DNA of 64,000 nt from Phoronis australis (taxonomy: Eukaryota > Animalia > Phoronida), in contig NMRA01000241.1 in the NCBI GenBank assembly GCA_002633005.1, positions 168,537 to 232,536 on the forward strand, in the 5' to 3' direction. The notes under the pieces were generated by a model. That model worked only from the letters and a program-made list of their open reading frames with translations, had not been told where the DNA came from and did no database searches. Position 1 is the first letter of the stretch; each line of letters begins with the position of its first letter. Made by a program: the position numbers and the translations under genes. Positions 13,051 through 53,252 of this stretch are shown in pieces.

Positions 13051-13690
13051 CTTTAACGTACCTCTACTACATAGTCTTCTAAGTATTGTTTGTCAGTTCC
13101 AATGGCTCAGACTTGCACCTGCATCGGGGGACATGCCGTCTCTCTTGACAACTGAAGAATAGTCAAATTTATGACTTCCAAGACTTCCAATATACCTTTC
13201 TGTGTGTTATATGGGTATTTTGTGCACTTTTGGGGTGTTTTTGGACTTTGGGGTGAAATTACAGCATTTTCCTGTTGTAAATAGGTGATACCACTGATGA
13301 GTATTTTATGCCCAGTTGATTTTCTTTGAATCTTACATTATTAAAAGATGAATTGACATTATCATATACAAATTCTTTAACATTTTTTCTATAGGAACGT
13401 CCTTCCAGTAAACACAAACCAGCTTGTCTTTGGGATTTTCCAGACATATAAATTGCTTTTAGCAAAAGGATCCCAGTGTGAATGTGGTCCGAGTGGGACT
13501 GGTTTTTAGCCTTTAAACTAGTTGATGCTTTCAGACACTGTGGCATTATGAAATAAATTTTTGTAAAGCATGAATTGGTAAGTGCCAGGCTGGTGTTTGC
13601 ATGCCCTGCTCTTGGTAAACTGAACATTGGGATGAACAGCTGTGAACAAATTATCATGTGTCTACAATCATTACTTGGCCAAATGAAATT

Positions 13691-13823
13691 CACCATCACC
13701 ACCATCATCCTCACCATCATCCTCACCATAATAATCATCATTCTCATCATCACCATTATCCTCACCATCCCCATCACCATCATCACCACCATCACCATCA
13801 CCACCACTACTATCATCACCATC
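13691..13823 (+). repeat. (CAT/CAC)n trinucleotide microsatellite
   Basis: Explains the poly-His / poly-Ile / Asp-Gly ORFs in several frames. Confidence 0.92.
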
Positions 13824-14187
13824 TTGGTAATTTTTCCTGAACCAAATGCTGCTCTCTTGAGTTCTTTTAGTTTTTGGTTTTAATTTGAACAAAATCACGC
13901 TAAGCCTACTGCAGTTCTTAGAGGTTATGCAAGAAATCATTCACAGTAGCTGCTGTGAACTGAATAGGCAGGCAGTGATAACTAATGATCTGATTTCTTT
14001 CAGGCTGATCATCACTAAGATGATGAGCAATTTCATGACTCTTAAAAGCCATGAGAAGTGGGTGTGTTGTTCGTGTGTTTTTATTGTTACCAATTTTTTT
14101 CAGAGTCACTTGGGAATGGCTCTATTTTTTGTGAATGTCATAATTGCGTGTTACGTTATTTGTGAGCCTTTCTTGTTGTGTTTTCAG

Positions 14188-14340
14188 AAAAATAGTCGTG
14201 ACGTGAGCAACTTTGATCACGTTTTCACTCACGAGCCAATACAGCTCACTCCCACAGACAAGCTATTCATTATGAACATCAACCAGTCTGAATTTAATGG
14301 ATTCTCCTTCGTTAATCCGGAATTCGTTGTCAAGGTCTGA
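14188..14340 (+). CDS. PRKCB: PKC alternative terminal exon B (V5 tail, betaI-like)
   Basis: ttttcag|AAA...TGA, phase 0, 153 nt; KNSRDVSNFDHVFTHEPIQLTPTDKLFIMNINQSEFNGFSFVNPEFVVKV*, sharing LTPTDKLFIMN and NPEFV with vertebrate PKC-betaI. Confidence 0.93.
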   Translation, partial: KNSRDVSNFDHVFTHEPIQLTPTDKLFIMNINQSEFNGFSFVNPEFVVKV

Positions 14341-17300
14341 TTTGTTTGGGCCTGCAGTTGTTACACGAGAGTGGGTAAATACTACAACCTTTTTAGTGTG
14401 CACTGAAGCTCAATTATATTTGAATTGTGCATTATATTGGTGTTATTCTTAGCATGCACAAGAACTTTAAATGCATGTTGGTCACTGGTTTCGCATTTTG
14501 AAATCACTCGAGTCAAATTTTTAACTGTATTTGTATTGTGTATAAATTTTAGTTACTGGCAAACTTTTTTGTCTGGAAAATATGTGTCCATCTCAATAAA
14601 TTGTTTTAATCCTCGTAGACAATGTGGAGTCACCTGATCTCAGTAGCTAAACATACTCTCAAAAAATTGATAAATTAAAATTCTTTGTTTACTCTTTTTC
14701 AAATTCTGAATTCCATTCCATGGTGATATTTTTGTGGCCATTTGAGACCAATTTTCTTCTCAGTTGTCATGTCATTTATAATCAACTTTAGATAATTAAT
14801 CAAAATTGGAGCTTTCTAATGGTCAAAAAAAACCTGGTCTTGTTATTTCAAAAATTTTATTTTTGTGTTGTTAATTAATGTTGCTTGATTTAAATTCATA
14901 ATTCGGAAACGAAATGTTTTATGTTCCACATAAATAAATGTTAATGAGGTCATGAGGTCATGTGGCTCTGCAATGGAACTTTTGCAATGAGAAATGATGG
15001 AAAATTGTGCGAAAGTTTAATTATAAATTTGTCTGAATGACATACTTGGCCTTTTAACACTTACCAGATAGGTTTGGTGTTGGGGGGGGATGTGTTTGTT
15101 GATGACTTCAATTGTGGGGTAAATATAGGCTACTGCAATGGTATGATTAATGCATTAGCTTCAGGAGGGGTCTTTTATAGATTATTGCCGAGTTACTTCA
15201 GTCCCTTGCTGTAATATATACCTGTTCAAGTGTTTTCTTGGCTTTAGGTGGGGAGTGACTATGGTTTGATTATTCTGACTGGATGAAGCAATGAGTTGTT
15301 TGTGTTAATTGTGATTGAATCTGAGGGTATCTTGTTTGTTTTTAATATAAATGTTCAGTTTAGGACTGTGACTGGGCTTCATTTGTTGTTGTTGTTGTTA
15401 TATAGGTTTACTTATTATAAAAAAGTATATGTATTTTTATAATGGTGAAATATCTTTCCTTTCATAGGTAGAATTATGTACATCGGATTGGCTTTGCTCC
15501 TAAATGTTCTTGTATATTATCCTAGGATTGTGAACATGCTTATTTTGTTGAGGCTTTCTGTCTCATTTTGGACAAGGTGAATATTATCACGACTGGTTTA
15601 AGGTTATGCAGGACCGAAGAAAAATGTCCAAACATCGTATCTCAGAAACTGGTGATTGGATTCATATTAACCATTCAGGTGCAGCCTATGTTTTATGCAC
15701 AATTGTTCTCCAAAATGCTTTTAGGAATTGGTTTGAAAGGGTTCCTCTTTTGTATGAGAGGCTATTAAAATGGACTTTTATAATTTTCATAAAAATCATT
15801 AGTTGTGTAGATCGAAAATGAAAAGCTAGTTTAGAAAACTGTAACATAATTTTGAGATTTCATCTTGAACATTTGAGTTGTGTCATTGATACCATTATTC
15901 TGCTTTCGATTTGCCTTCATTTTTTCTAAATTTTATTAATATGCCACGACCATGTGACCTAATTAATGTCAGATAGGTAAAAAGTCAATTATCAAATTCT
16001 TCAAGTTTTCTGCTTTCAGAAAATATATACTTTTGGTGGAGAGTTAAAATCTATACTTTTGTGGTCGTTTGGCTAAGTAAAGGCTTGTCTTACATAATCT
16101 TAAGGCACAAGATGGTAATGAATCTTCTCGTATGAAAATCTATTGATTGTAAAATAAAACAATTATGTTAAAGTAGGTAACTATTGATGTGCATAATTGT
16201 CTTCTGTCTGCCAAGGTGAGGGTCTCCATCTCTTATGCTGTGTTACGTGTTATATGTAATGCTGTGTGTGCTTCACTATGATTATTACTGTTAAAATTCT
16301 GCCGTCACCTCACGTCTGAAAACAATGAATGCCTATGCAAATTTGATAATGGAAACCGAGTTAGCTTTGTGTTAGATGGTGAATGTGCAGTGTGAACATG
16401 TAGCAGACAATAGTTGCATGTTGTCTCTTTAAGTGTATCAAGCACTGTGTTTATTGCCGATGTCAGAGCTGTGATTTGGAAACTGTTTTGTTTGTATTCC
16501 ACTGGTACATATTGTGTGTTGAGCCTGGGAACTGTTTATTGATTGCAATATTAAAAGGACATGCATTTCCTTGCCCTTCAGTCAAAAGCCAACTTTGATT
16601 TGATCTTGTGATAAAAGTGGTTGCATCTTATTCTATACTCAGATTAGAAATGATTTCTAGGCTTGAGAAGTGAGTCACCTGTTGGTTTATTGCGGGTTTA
16701 AATTTCAGAAGCCATACCTTTAGGATCAATATGACATTCTTAGTCAAGCTGGAGTTATTTTGGCCATTTGGTAATTCATCATTGGTCTGTGCCTCTATTG
16801 TCCGGTCATGAGAGGTACACACCAAGCTCTCTTGGTATGAATAGTGTTGTTTTATATGTCCGTCTATAGAGGGCGCTCTGTAGTGGTGATTTAAAGTCTA
16901 CTTGTGTTCTGCTGAAACCAGATTTATAGTGATGTCCATTAAAACCTCATTTTTGCAATGTATGTTGTTGAGTGATGTTTGCAATTGCCATTCATTGTGC
17001 TTTCAGTGCCTAAAGCTTGATGGTATTTTATATTATATTGTTTCTTCTGGTTTTTGCCTAGAAATCTACACGGTTGGCCTGGTCATTGTAAAATATATTA
17101 GCTGGACAGCAATATCTAGATGTGTAGCTTTGTGTGTGTAACAAGACCACTTATCTTTACACATGTACAAATCATTTTCAAATTAAATTGTGTATCTTGC
17201 TATCTGTGTTTTCTTGTGGCAGAATTAGAGGAGCACACACAACTCCTCAGGCTAGTCTTGTTGTTTTTGTCAACATGCTCATTAAGTTATCTAATGACCA

Positions 17301-18759
17301 TTGGTGGCACTGCAGTGTTATAATGTTAATCACACATGCGTTTGAACTTAGCACCCAGTTGTCTATTTCAAATTTAATCTTGAAAGCTGCTTAATCATCC
17401 CTGTTTAGATGACAATGTTGAAGTCTTGGCTGAAGTGCTTTGGGGCTTAAAACAGTTCCTGTGCTAGTTCAGTCTTGAATGGTTGCTGAATAAAACCACA
17501 GATAATGGAACATTTTTAAATCCGCAATTTTAGTGTTGACCAACTCAATAAATTCCGAAGCTTTTTCTTCAGTTGCAGTTTCAATGTTTTTGCAGGTATT
17601 AGTAACGAAAATAGAATCCTATCACGGTAAGGAATATTATGAGGCTGACTTTATGAGAGTGAAGCCTTATGCAGCTTTAACAACAAATAGGTCCCGTGGC
17701 CATAGTACTGCCCTGGTGCCTCTAGCCCCACCAACAGTACTCCATGTTTGTTAACCTAAATTGTGTACTTATAAGTACATGGGGGTGGTGTACTGTATAC
17801 CTTATTTCTGGGTAGGACTGCACACAGTGTCTACACAGGAATGCAAGACATATATAAGAAGTTATGTAAAAATGTCACCCAACTGCTAGGGCTAGTGATT
17901 GAGAGCCAAACGTGGAAATGAGAGTACCAGTATGAGTATTCCATGAAACACTTGTGCTGTGAAATCTTTGGTTATGCAATGAAACTGATTATATTTCATA
18001 GTTAACATTCCCACCTCACTAACCATTGAGTCATCTAAATCAGTACATCTCTGTGAATAATATATTCCTTATTGAAATACATACTGCTTGCACAGTTGAA
18101 GCCAACATACAAGGATTGATACTTCGATCGCTTGTTGTCAGTTCTTGGAAGAAGAAAAATTTACTGTCATTTTTCGATTGTGAGAAAATAACCCATAGGT
18201 CATTGGGACGAAAGTGCGTACTACCCAAGTGAACGGCACATCCCTGTATATCCCTGGATATACTGTATTTGCTTTGAGCGAAACGAATTAAATGATAAGT
18301 GTGCGTGATCTTACTGGTTTCTCTTGGAAAAAACTAAACCGCTCGCTGTCGTCTGACAAACGGCAGTAGCATAGGCTATTTGGGCATCTGCCACCGGTTG
18401 CGATCTTCTGGTTTTATATTTTCCCTATTGACTGATTAATTCTTAAAAAATGCAAGTAAGTGCTACACAATGAGATAAATATAGCTATATATATAAAGCT
18501 CGTTGGTGCTACATCACATGGGTTTTTATGTTTCTTAAAAAATCACACTCTTCCGCCTCTTAATGTGTTAGATAATCGGGTCGCACTTTGAAAGGGGCAA
18601 ATTGCCCAGTCTGTTTACACAGCGAGTAACCATGTCACGTGACTAGAAGCACTTTCCAATATGGTGTCAATTAGTCAGCTACAAGTGTGCCTGGTCTATA
18701 ATGTTAAGATGTCTATGATTCCAACTAAACCACTGCGACAGACTTGTTTATGGTCCACA

Positions 18760-19010
18760 GCAGTTAGCGTGCATTTGTAAATAATATACCATAAAGACGT
18801 TACAAAAGACCGTCCATGTTTAATTTCAAGTGGTCTGAAATAATCAACACCACAATTTGTGAAGGGTTTGCGGTCACCAGTGACATGCTGTACTGGTAAA
18901 TCTGCCATCTGTTGTCCACCTAGTTTGCCCTGGTACCTTCTACATTGAACACACTTAGGCAAAATATGGTTCACAATATTACTTGCCTTCAAAAGCCAAA
19001 ATCTCGCAAT
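18760..19010 (-). mobile_element. Decayed Bel/Pao LTR-retrotransposon integrase fragment
   Basis: RFWLLK...KCVQCRRYQGKLGGQQMADLP...KPFTNCGVDYFRPLEIKHGRS matches the Bel/Pao CxxC...QxMAxLP...PFxxxGVDYFGP signature; flanks are non-coding. Confidence 0.8.
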
Positions 19011-20684
19011 CTTGTCAACACCAGTGGATACTTGGTGAATTTAGAATTGCTGGTGGCTCTTTCTTTAACACAGTCTGCAGCACGCCTGTCTTGTCATACA
19101 GCATTTACTGATGAACACTGTATTTCCATTTACTGTGAGAAATAGACCAGTGAGCAGTAACAACCATTTGTAAAAATGATAGATATATTTCTGTTTCTCT
19201 CTCCTTGCAGTACTTATCAAACGATAAAATTATCATCACTTTAAAAAGAATTACATATTAAAATGGTATTGCCAGACAACTTTCATTGCAAAGACCCAGC
19301 ACAATATCATGTCTACAGGTAAATACTTGAAAATTCCACCGGGTTTACCTCTATCATGGAATATACGTCTGGTCGCAATGCTCAAAGAAGACTCATAAAA
19401 CTTACAGTTCCTAAACTTCAAAAATTAAACAATAAACTTGACATGTGGAAAAAAACTATCCAACAAGATAACCAGAAATTTTGATTACTCTAGCTAGTTC
19501 CACAATTCACCATTAACACTTAACCCACTATGAACCTGTTCCATCAAACTGAAATGAACTTTTGACTAAGACCGTTCACCACTATAAAGCTGATCTCGAA
19601 TTGTTCCAAACATGAAGTGATCACTGAGCTTGGTTCGTTATTGCTGGTGACCATCCAACTTGTTGAGCCTGGACTTAAGCAATTATGAACTTCAGGTCTT
19701 TCAAGACCCACAAATCGCCTCTAATTTGAGTAAGGAACAAGCGGAGGTCAATTTCAAAACTAAGTAACCTAAATCAAAGGCCATTTTGATGGAAGGCAGG
19801 TTTGTAGTAGCTTTAGAAAAGAAAACTGCTTTAAGCTGACTTGCACTCACATAATCGAGACTTTTCACATGTTTAGTGTAAACGGGCACTCAATAACTAG
19901 AGGAGTTAAACTCCACGTATTTCTACAGATTAGGAATATTTTTCTTGGTTTGCTGCAATTTTACATGACAAGAACTTTCTTAAAAGTTATACAAAAAGCA
20001 ATAAGCATAGACTCGTCCTTCAAAACGTATTGCATACAATTTAGACTTGATACCCTTCTCAAATAATTTGGATTCATATTCACAGGGAACATATGCATAT
20101 TTCTGTCAAATACAGTCAATTAGTTACATTCAGCAAATGTAAAATGCAACCTACAGTCAAAATCTGCCTTATAAAATGTCCTTAAGACTCAATTGTTCAA
20201 TAAAATGAAACAAATATCTCAAATCAAAGTAAGTTATTCCAACATACTTTAACATATCTCTTATCAAATTCAAACAACCTGTAAAACGTGTTCAGATAAA
20301 ATGCAAAGAAATGTCCATTCACATTCAGATGTACGAAGTCTCTTAAAAACATTATCCCATCATGATTGCACATCAATATTACAACAAACACAGATGAGTT
20401 TCCAAAAGTCCTATTAAAAGTAATATAATCATTAGCATAAGATTAACTCTTTGAAAATATCGCGATATATGTTGCATCTAACTCTCATCACCTAATTTCA
20501 ACAATCTGAATGACCACTCTTATTTGTCTTCAAAATCAAGGATAGTAAATGTCATCAACGTTCAACAGTATTTGCTGGTTCATACAACTGACTCAACAGG
20601 AAATACACAGTGACTCAGAATTAGATCACACCCCAGCATGACAGCCTGCTCTGCACAACTCAGCCAAAGTCTTCCAGATTTATG

Positions 20685-49637
<28,953 letters not shown>

Positions 49638-51254
49638 TGGTGCGTTCACTGCATGTTAGGAAAACATTTTCGATGAATTTTCTGAAATAAAAACAGTGAC
49701 CACTCGTTCTGAAGTGTTCGACAATACCTGTGGATAACGCCACTCCAAAAACAATGTTCGTTTCCCTCACTATTTTGGGATGGGTAGGTCGCACATTTCA
49801 TAATCGAAGCGACCTCATTTTTGTTGTCACAAAGGCCTTTAGTCAATGTCATATTTGGGGCTGCATCAAAAATAAATTCTTTTGCCATATACGAACAAAA
49901 ATATTTTCATCTAGGAACATACTTTGGGGACTACCGGGGAAAGCAAACATAGGTTTTAACTAACGTTTAATGAATTTGCCTTACGAACTCCCAAATCACT
50001 ACTTTTTCTCCAGTTTCACATGAAGTTTCGAATTCAGCTCTAACGCAATGACACAGGAGATTTGTGTTCGGCTTGACAAATCATCACCATGATCACCTGG
50101 TTTGAGTTCTCATTTTAAAAATATCTTCAGGATTTTGAAACCTCTCTTATAAATGCTGACAGTGACAACGCATGTTTCTTATTGGGAGTAAATACCAATA
50201 TATTTTCCGTCTTTTTTACTGTGCTTCACACCACAATTTTCCATGAAAAGAGATGCGTGTTTTGTTTTGTAACAGTCTTCATCGTTCAAGGGTTATTTAA
50301 TTAGTCGCTATATAGATATTCACAACTTCAGCACGTTTGGTCGGGATGCCTAGATTTATGCGTTTAACCGCAGTGTGAACTCTTGCAGAAGCCTCTAGCT
50401 ATTTTCCTTGTTCGATAAAAGAACTCTGGCACGACTAGATAACGTCAGACTCGGCTTGTGAACACACGACTAGTAGTTCAAAGTGAATGGAATGGTTAAC
50501 GTCGGCGTTTGGCGGAGTACAATCAAAGATACTGGGACAATTCAACAAGACGTGTGTTGTTGCGTCGCCCACAACCGTTAAAAAGTAAACAATCAAACGT
50601 CAAGGACCTACTATCAACATATGCCCTTTAGATGGCATTCAGCTAAAATAACATTTGAAAACGGATGTGAAATTTCAAAATTCCCTAAACCAGAAACATG
50701 CCCCTCATTGCGCAATAAACATCTTCACGATCAAATGGAATACATTGGCCTTTAACAATTATTGCCTTTAACAATTATTGTCGGAGAAGACAGCAGATTC
50801 GAACACTATCATATCGTGAAGATGCAATTTTTTCTTGAAAAACATAAAAGTCCTATTTTTCATAGCTCCACGCAAAAGTGGAACGTTTAGAAAACAATTG
50901 CCAATATAGTGTTGGAAGAAGTGCATAAACCGCACTATCAGAATGTTTCAGGAATCTGAAAAGTCATTTCTGAGGTATGGTATCCGAGGTTAGCCAAATT
51001 TGGACATTTGTCTAGGGTCCTACACAACTAATTTTGCCCTCGTGTCATATATATTTTATTGTCTCGTTGCCTAAGACATGATCAAGCAATAATGTGCAGA
51101 TATCTACAAAACTTGAACATTTTATGTAAAAATGCAATTTCCAAAAGACATTTTGTTATTAATCTCCATGAACGAACACAACAATACATTTTTAAATCTT
51201 CTTACCGTATTCGCGCATAAAGGCTTAGCTGTAACAATCATATAGCGCCACAGT

Positions 51255-51625
51255 GCTACATTATATTAGCTGCTGCATTATATTATCTGCTGCATTATAT
51301 TGGCTGCTGCATTATAGTATCTGCTGCATTATATTGGCTGCTGCATTATATTGGCTGCTGCATTATATTGGCTGCTGCATTATATTGGCTGCTGCATTAT
51401 GTTGGCTGCTGCATTATATTGGCTGCTGCATTATATTGGCTGTTGCATTATGTTGGCTGCTGCATTATATTGGCTGCTGAATTATATTGGCTGCTGCATT
51501 ATATTATCTGCTGCATTATATTGGCTGTTGCATTATGTTGGCTGCTGCATTATATTGGCTGCTGCATTATATTGGCTGCTGCATTATATTATCTGCTGCA
51601 TTATATTGGCTGCTGCATTATATTA
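51255..51625 (+). repeat. Minisatellite, 17-bp unit, ~22 copies
   Basis: GCTGCTGCATTATATTG; explains four overlapping LAAALYWLLHYIGCCII ORFs. Confidence 0.95.
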
Positions 51626-53098
51626 GCAGATTTTCCAACAATGAAGGTGGGCAGAACAGTTTTCAAGACAGCGTGTTGGCTAATAAGCTTTAGTTTATTG
51701 ATGTCAATTAACTAGAATACTTGATTAAAACCCATAGGTATAATCCCTGGAAAATAAACTTCTGAGTAGTTCTGACACAGAAGATGGCCAGATAAATATT
51801 GATGTGGACCAAAGTCGTGTTTCAATCAATTGATAAATATATGGATATTCGAACGATTGAATGGTCCTCGCATTGAGTACGTCAAGGAAAAATTGCTTTG
51901 TTTCGCTTTCCTAGTTAAAATTCCACAGTTTTGAATTTTCAATTTCCATTGTTTTTAAATTATGGTATAGTCTTACAAACTCATGACTATCTGTTTACTA
52001 AACGCACTATCGGTAGCGTGGTTAATATAAGCGCAGGTGACAGGCCATCTTGCTGTTGTCAGTTTCCATGAATTGTTGACAGGAACAAACTGGACTTTTC
52101 ATATGGGTGTTCTCAATCACAACCGGACAAAATTTACTCAATAGCCCTCCACTCAGCGACTGTTTCACTCAGCACAATGCGGCGCAGCAGGCCAGAGACT
52201 AATGCAAAGCACGTGTTCCAGACGTGAGTACGTATTCTTGTGGAGTGTTCCTTTCCATAAGCAGAAATAACATACTCCAAACAGGTTTTACAGAACCTCC
52301 ACGAGGTCAGAAGTTACAGTATAAATTTCATCTACAAAACTGCCAGCATCGCTCAAATACTCTCCACGTGTTCCCTAGCAACTTACCTTAGCAACTTTTA
52401 AACGTGACGTAATTAACTGGTGTGTGACTTTAATTACAAAGCATACAGAATCAAAATTTCAAAACAAACAATAAAATTGTTATCGAATTTCAAAAAGGTT
52501 ATGCAGGAACTTATCTACAAAACGCCTGTAAAGAATAGAGATAGATTTTTGACTTAATACCAATCGGGTTACATGACCATGTCTTTTTTGTAAAAGTTAC
52601 CGAAAAAGAAAGGTACAGAGCACTTTAATCAGTTTCATTTTCTGCTAACGACAATGACTGCGATACAGATTAAAAATCAGTTTTATCAATGCATCCACTT
52701 ATATTTTTTAAAAAGTCAAAATTTCCATCGTTATTTTCAAGGGCCTGCAAGAGTTAAGCTCTATCATTCTCATTCAAGGAATGGTAATACAAATGATGAA
52801 CGTTACTATTAAACGGGCGTCCACAGGCACTGTTATGGAAAAGCGAAACACCGAAAAAACAATTCCTGTCAACGTTTGGGAGAACAGTACATAAGGCAAA
52901 CAGTGGGAATCAAATCAGCCATTATTTGTGAGATACAACGTTCCGAATTTAGACAAATTTAGACATTCTTCTAGCGTTTTACAAGTTTTAAATCAAACCA
53001 ATGGAAAAATCTCCTTTCGGGCAGTATGGCATAAAAATACACTACAACCTTTCCACAAATTTTGATCTATTAGGCATGTTGAAAATATGGCGCAAAAT

Positions 53099-53252
53099 GT
53101 TATTATTACTACTATTATTATCACTATCAGTGTACAACAATAATGATAATGATAATGATAATTGTAATAATAAAAATGAGGATGACGATTATGATTATCA
53201 TTATTATTATTGTTATCATTATCATTATTCGTATTATTATCATTATCATTAT
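53099..53252. repeat. (ATT/AAT/GAT)n low-complexity microsatellite
   Basis: Degenerate trinucleotide runs. Confidence 0.8.

Noticed and set aside
12866-13162. ORF with repeated SVCKVLALI; repeat array that might suggest CRISPR
   Set aside because: Head-to-tail 27-bp minisatellite with no spacers, in a eukaryotic intron.
13259-13940. Poly-His, Met/Val-rich and Asp/Gly-rich ORFs
   Set aside because: Translations of a (CAT/CAC)n microsatellite in several frames.
51253-51715. Hydrophobic Cys-rich repeat 'membrane proteins'
   Set aside because: All frames of a 17-bp minisatellite give the same 17-aa repeat.
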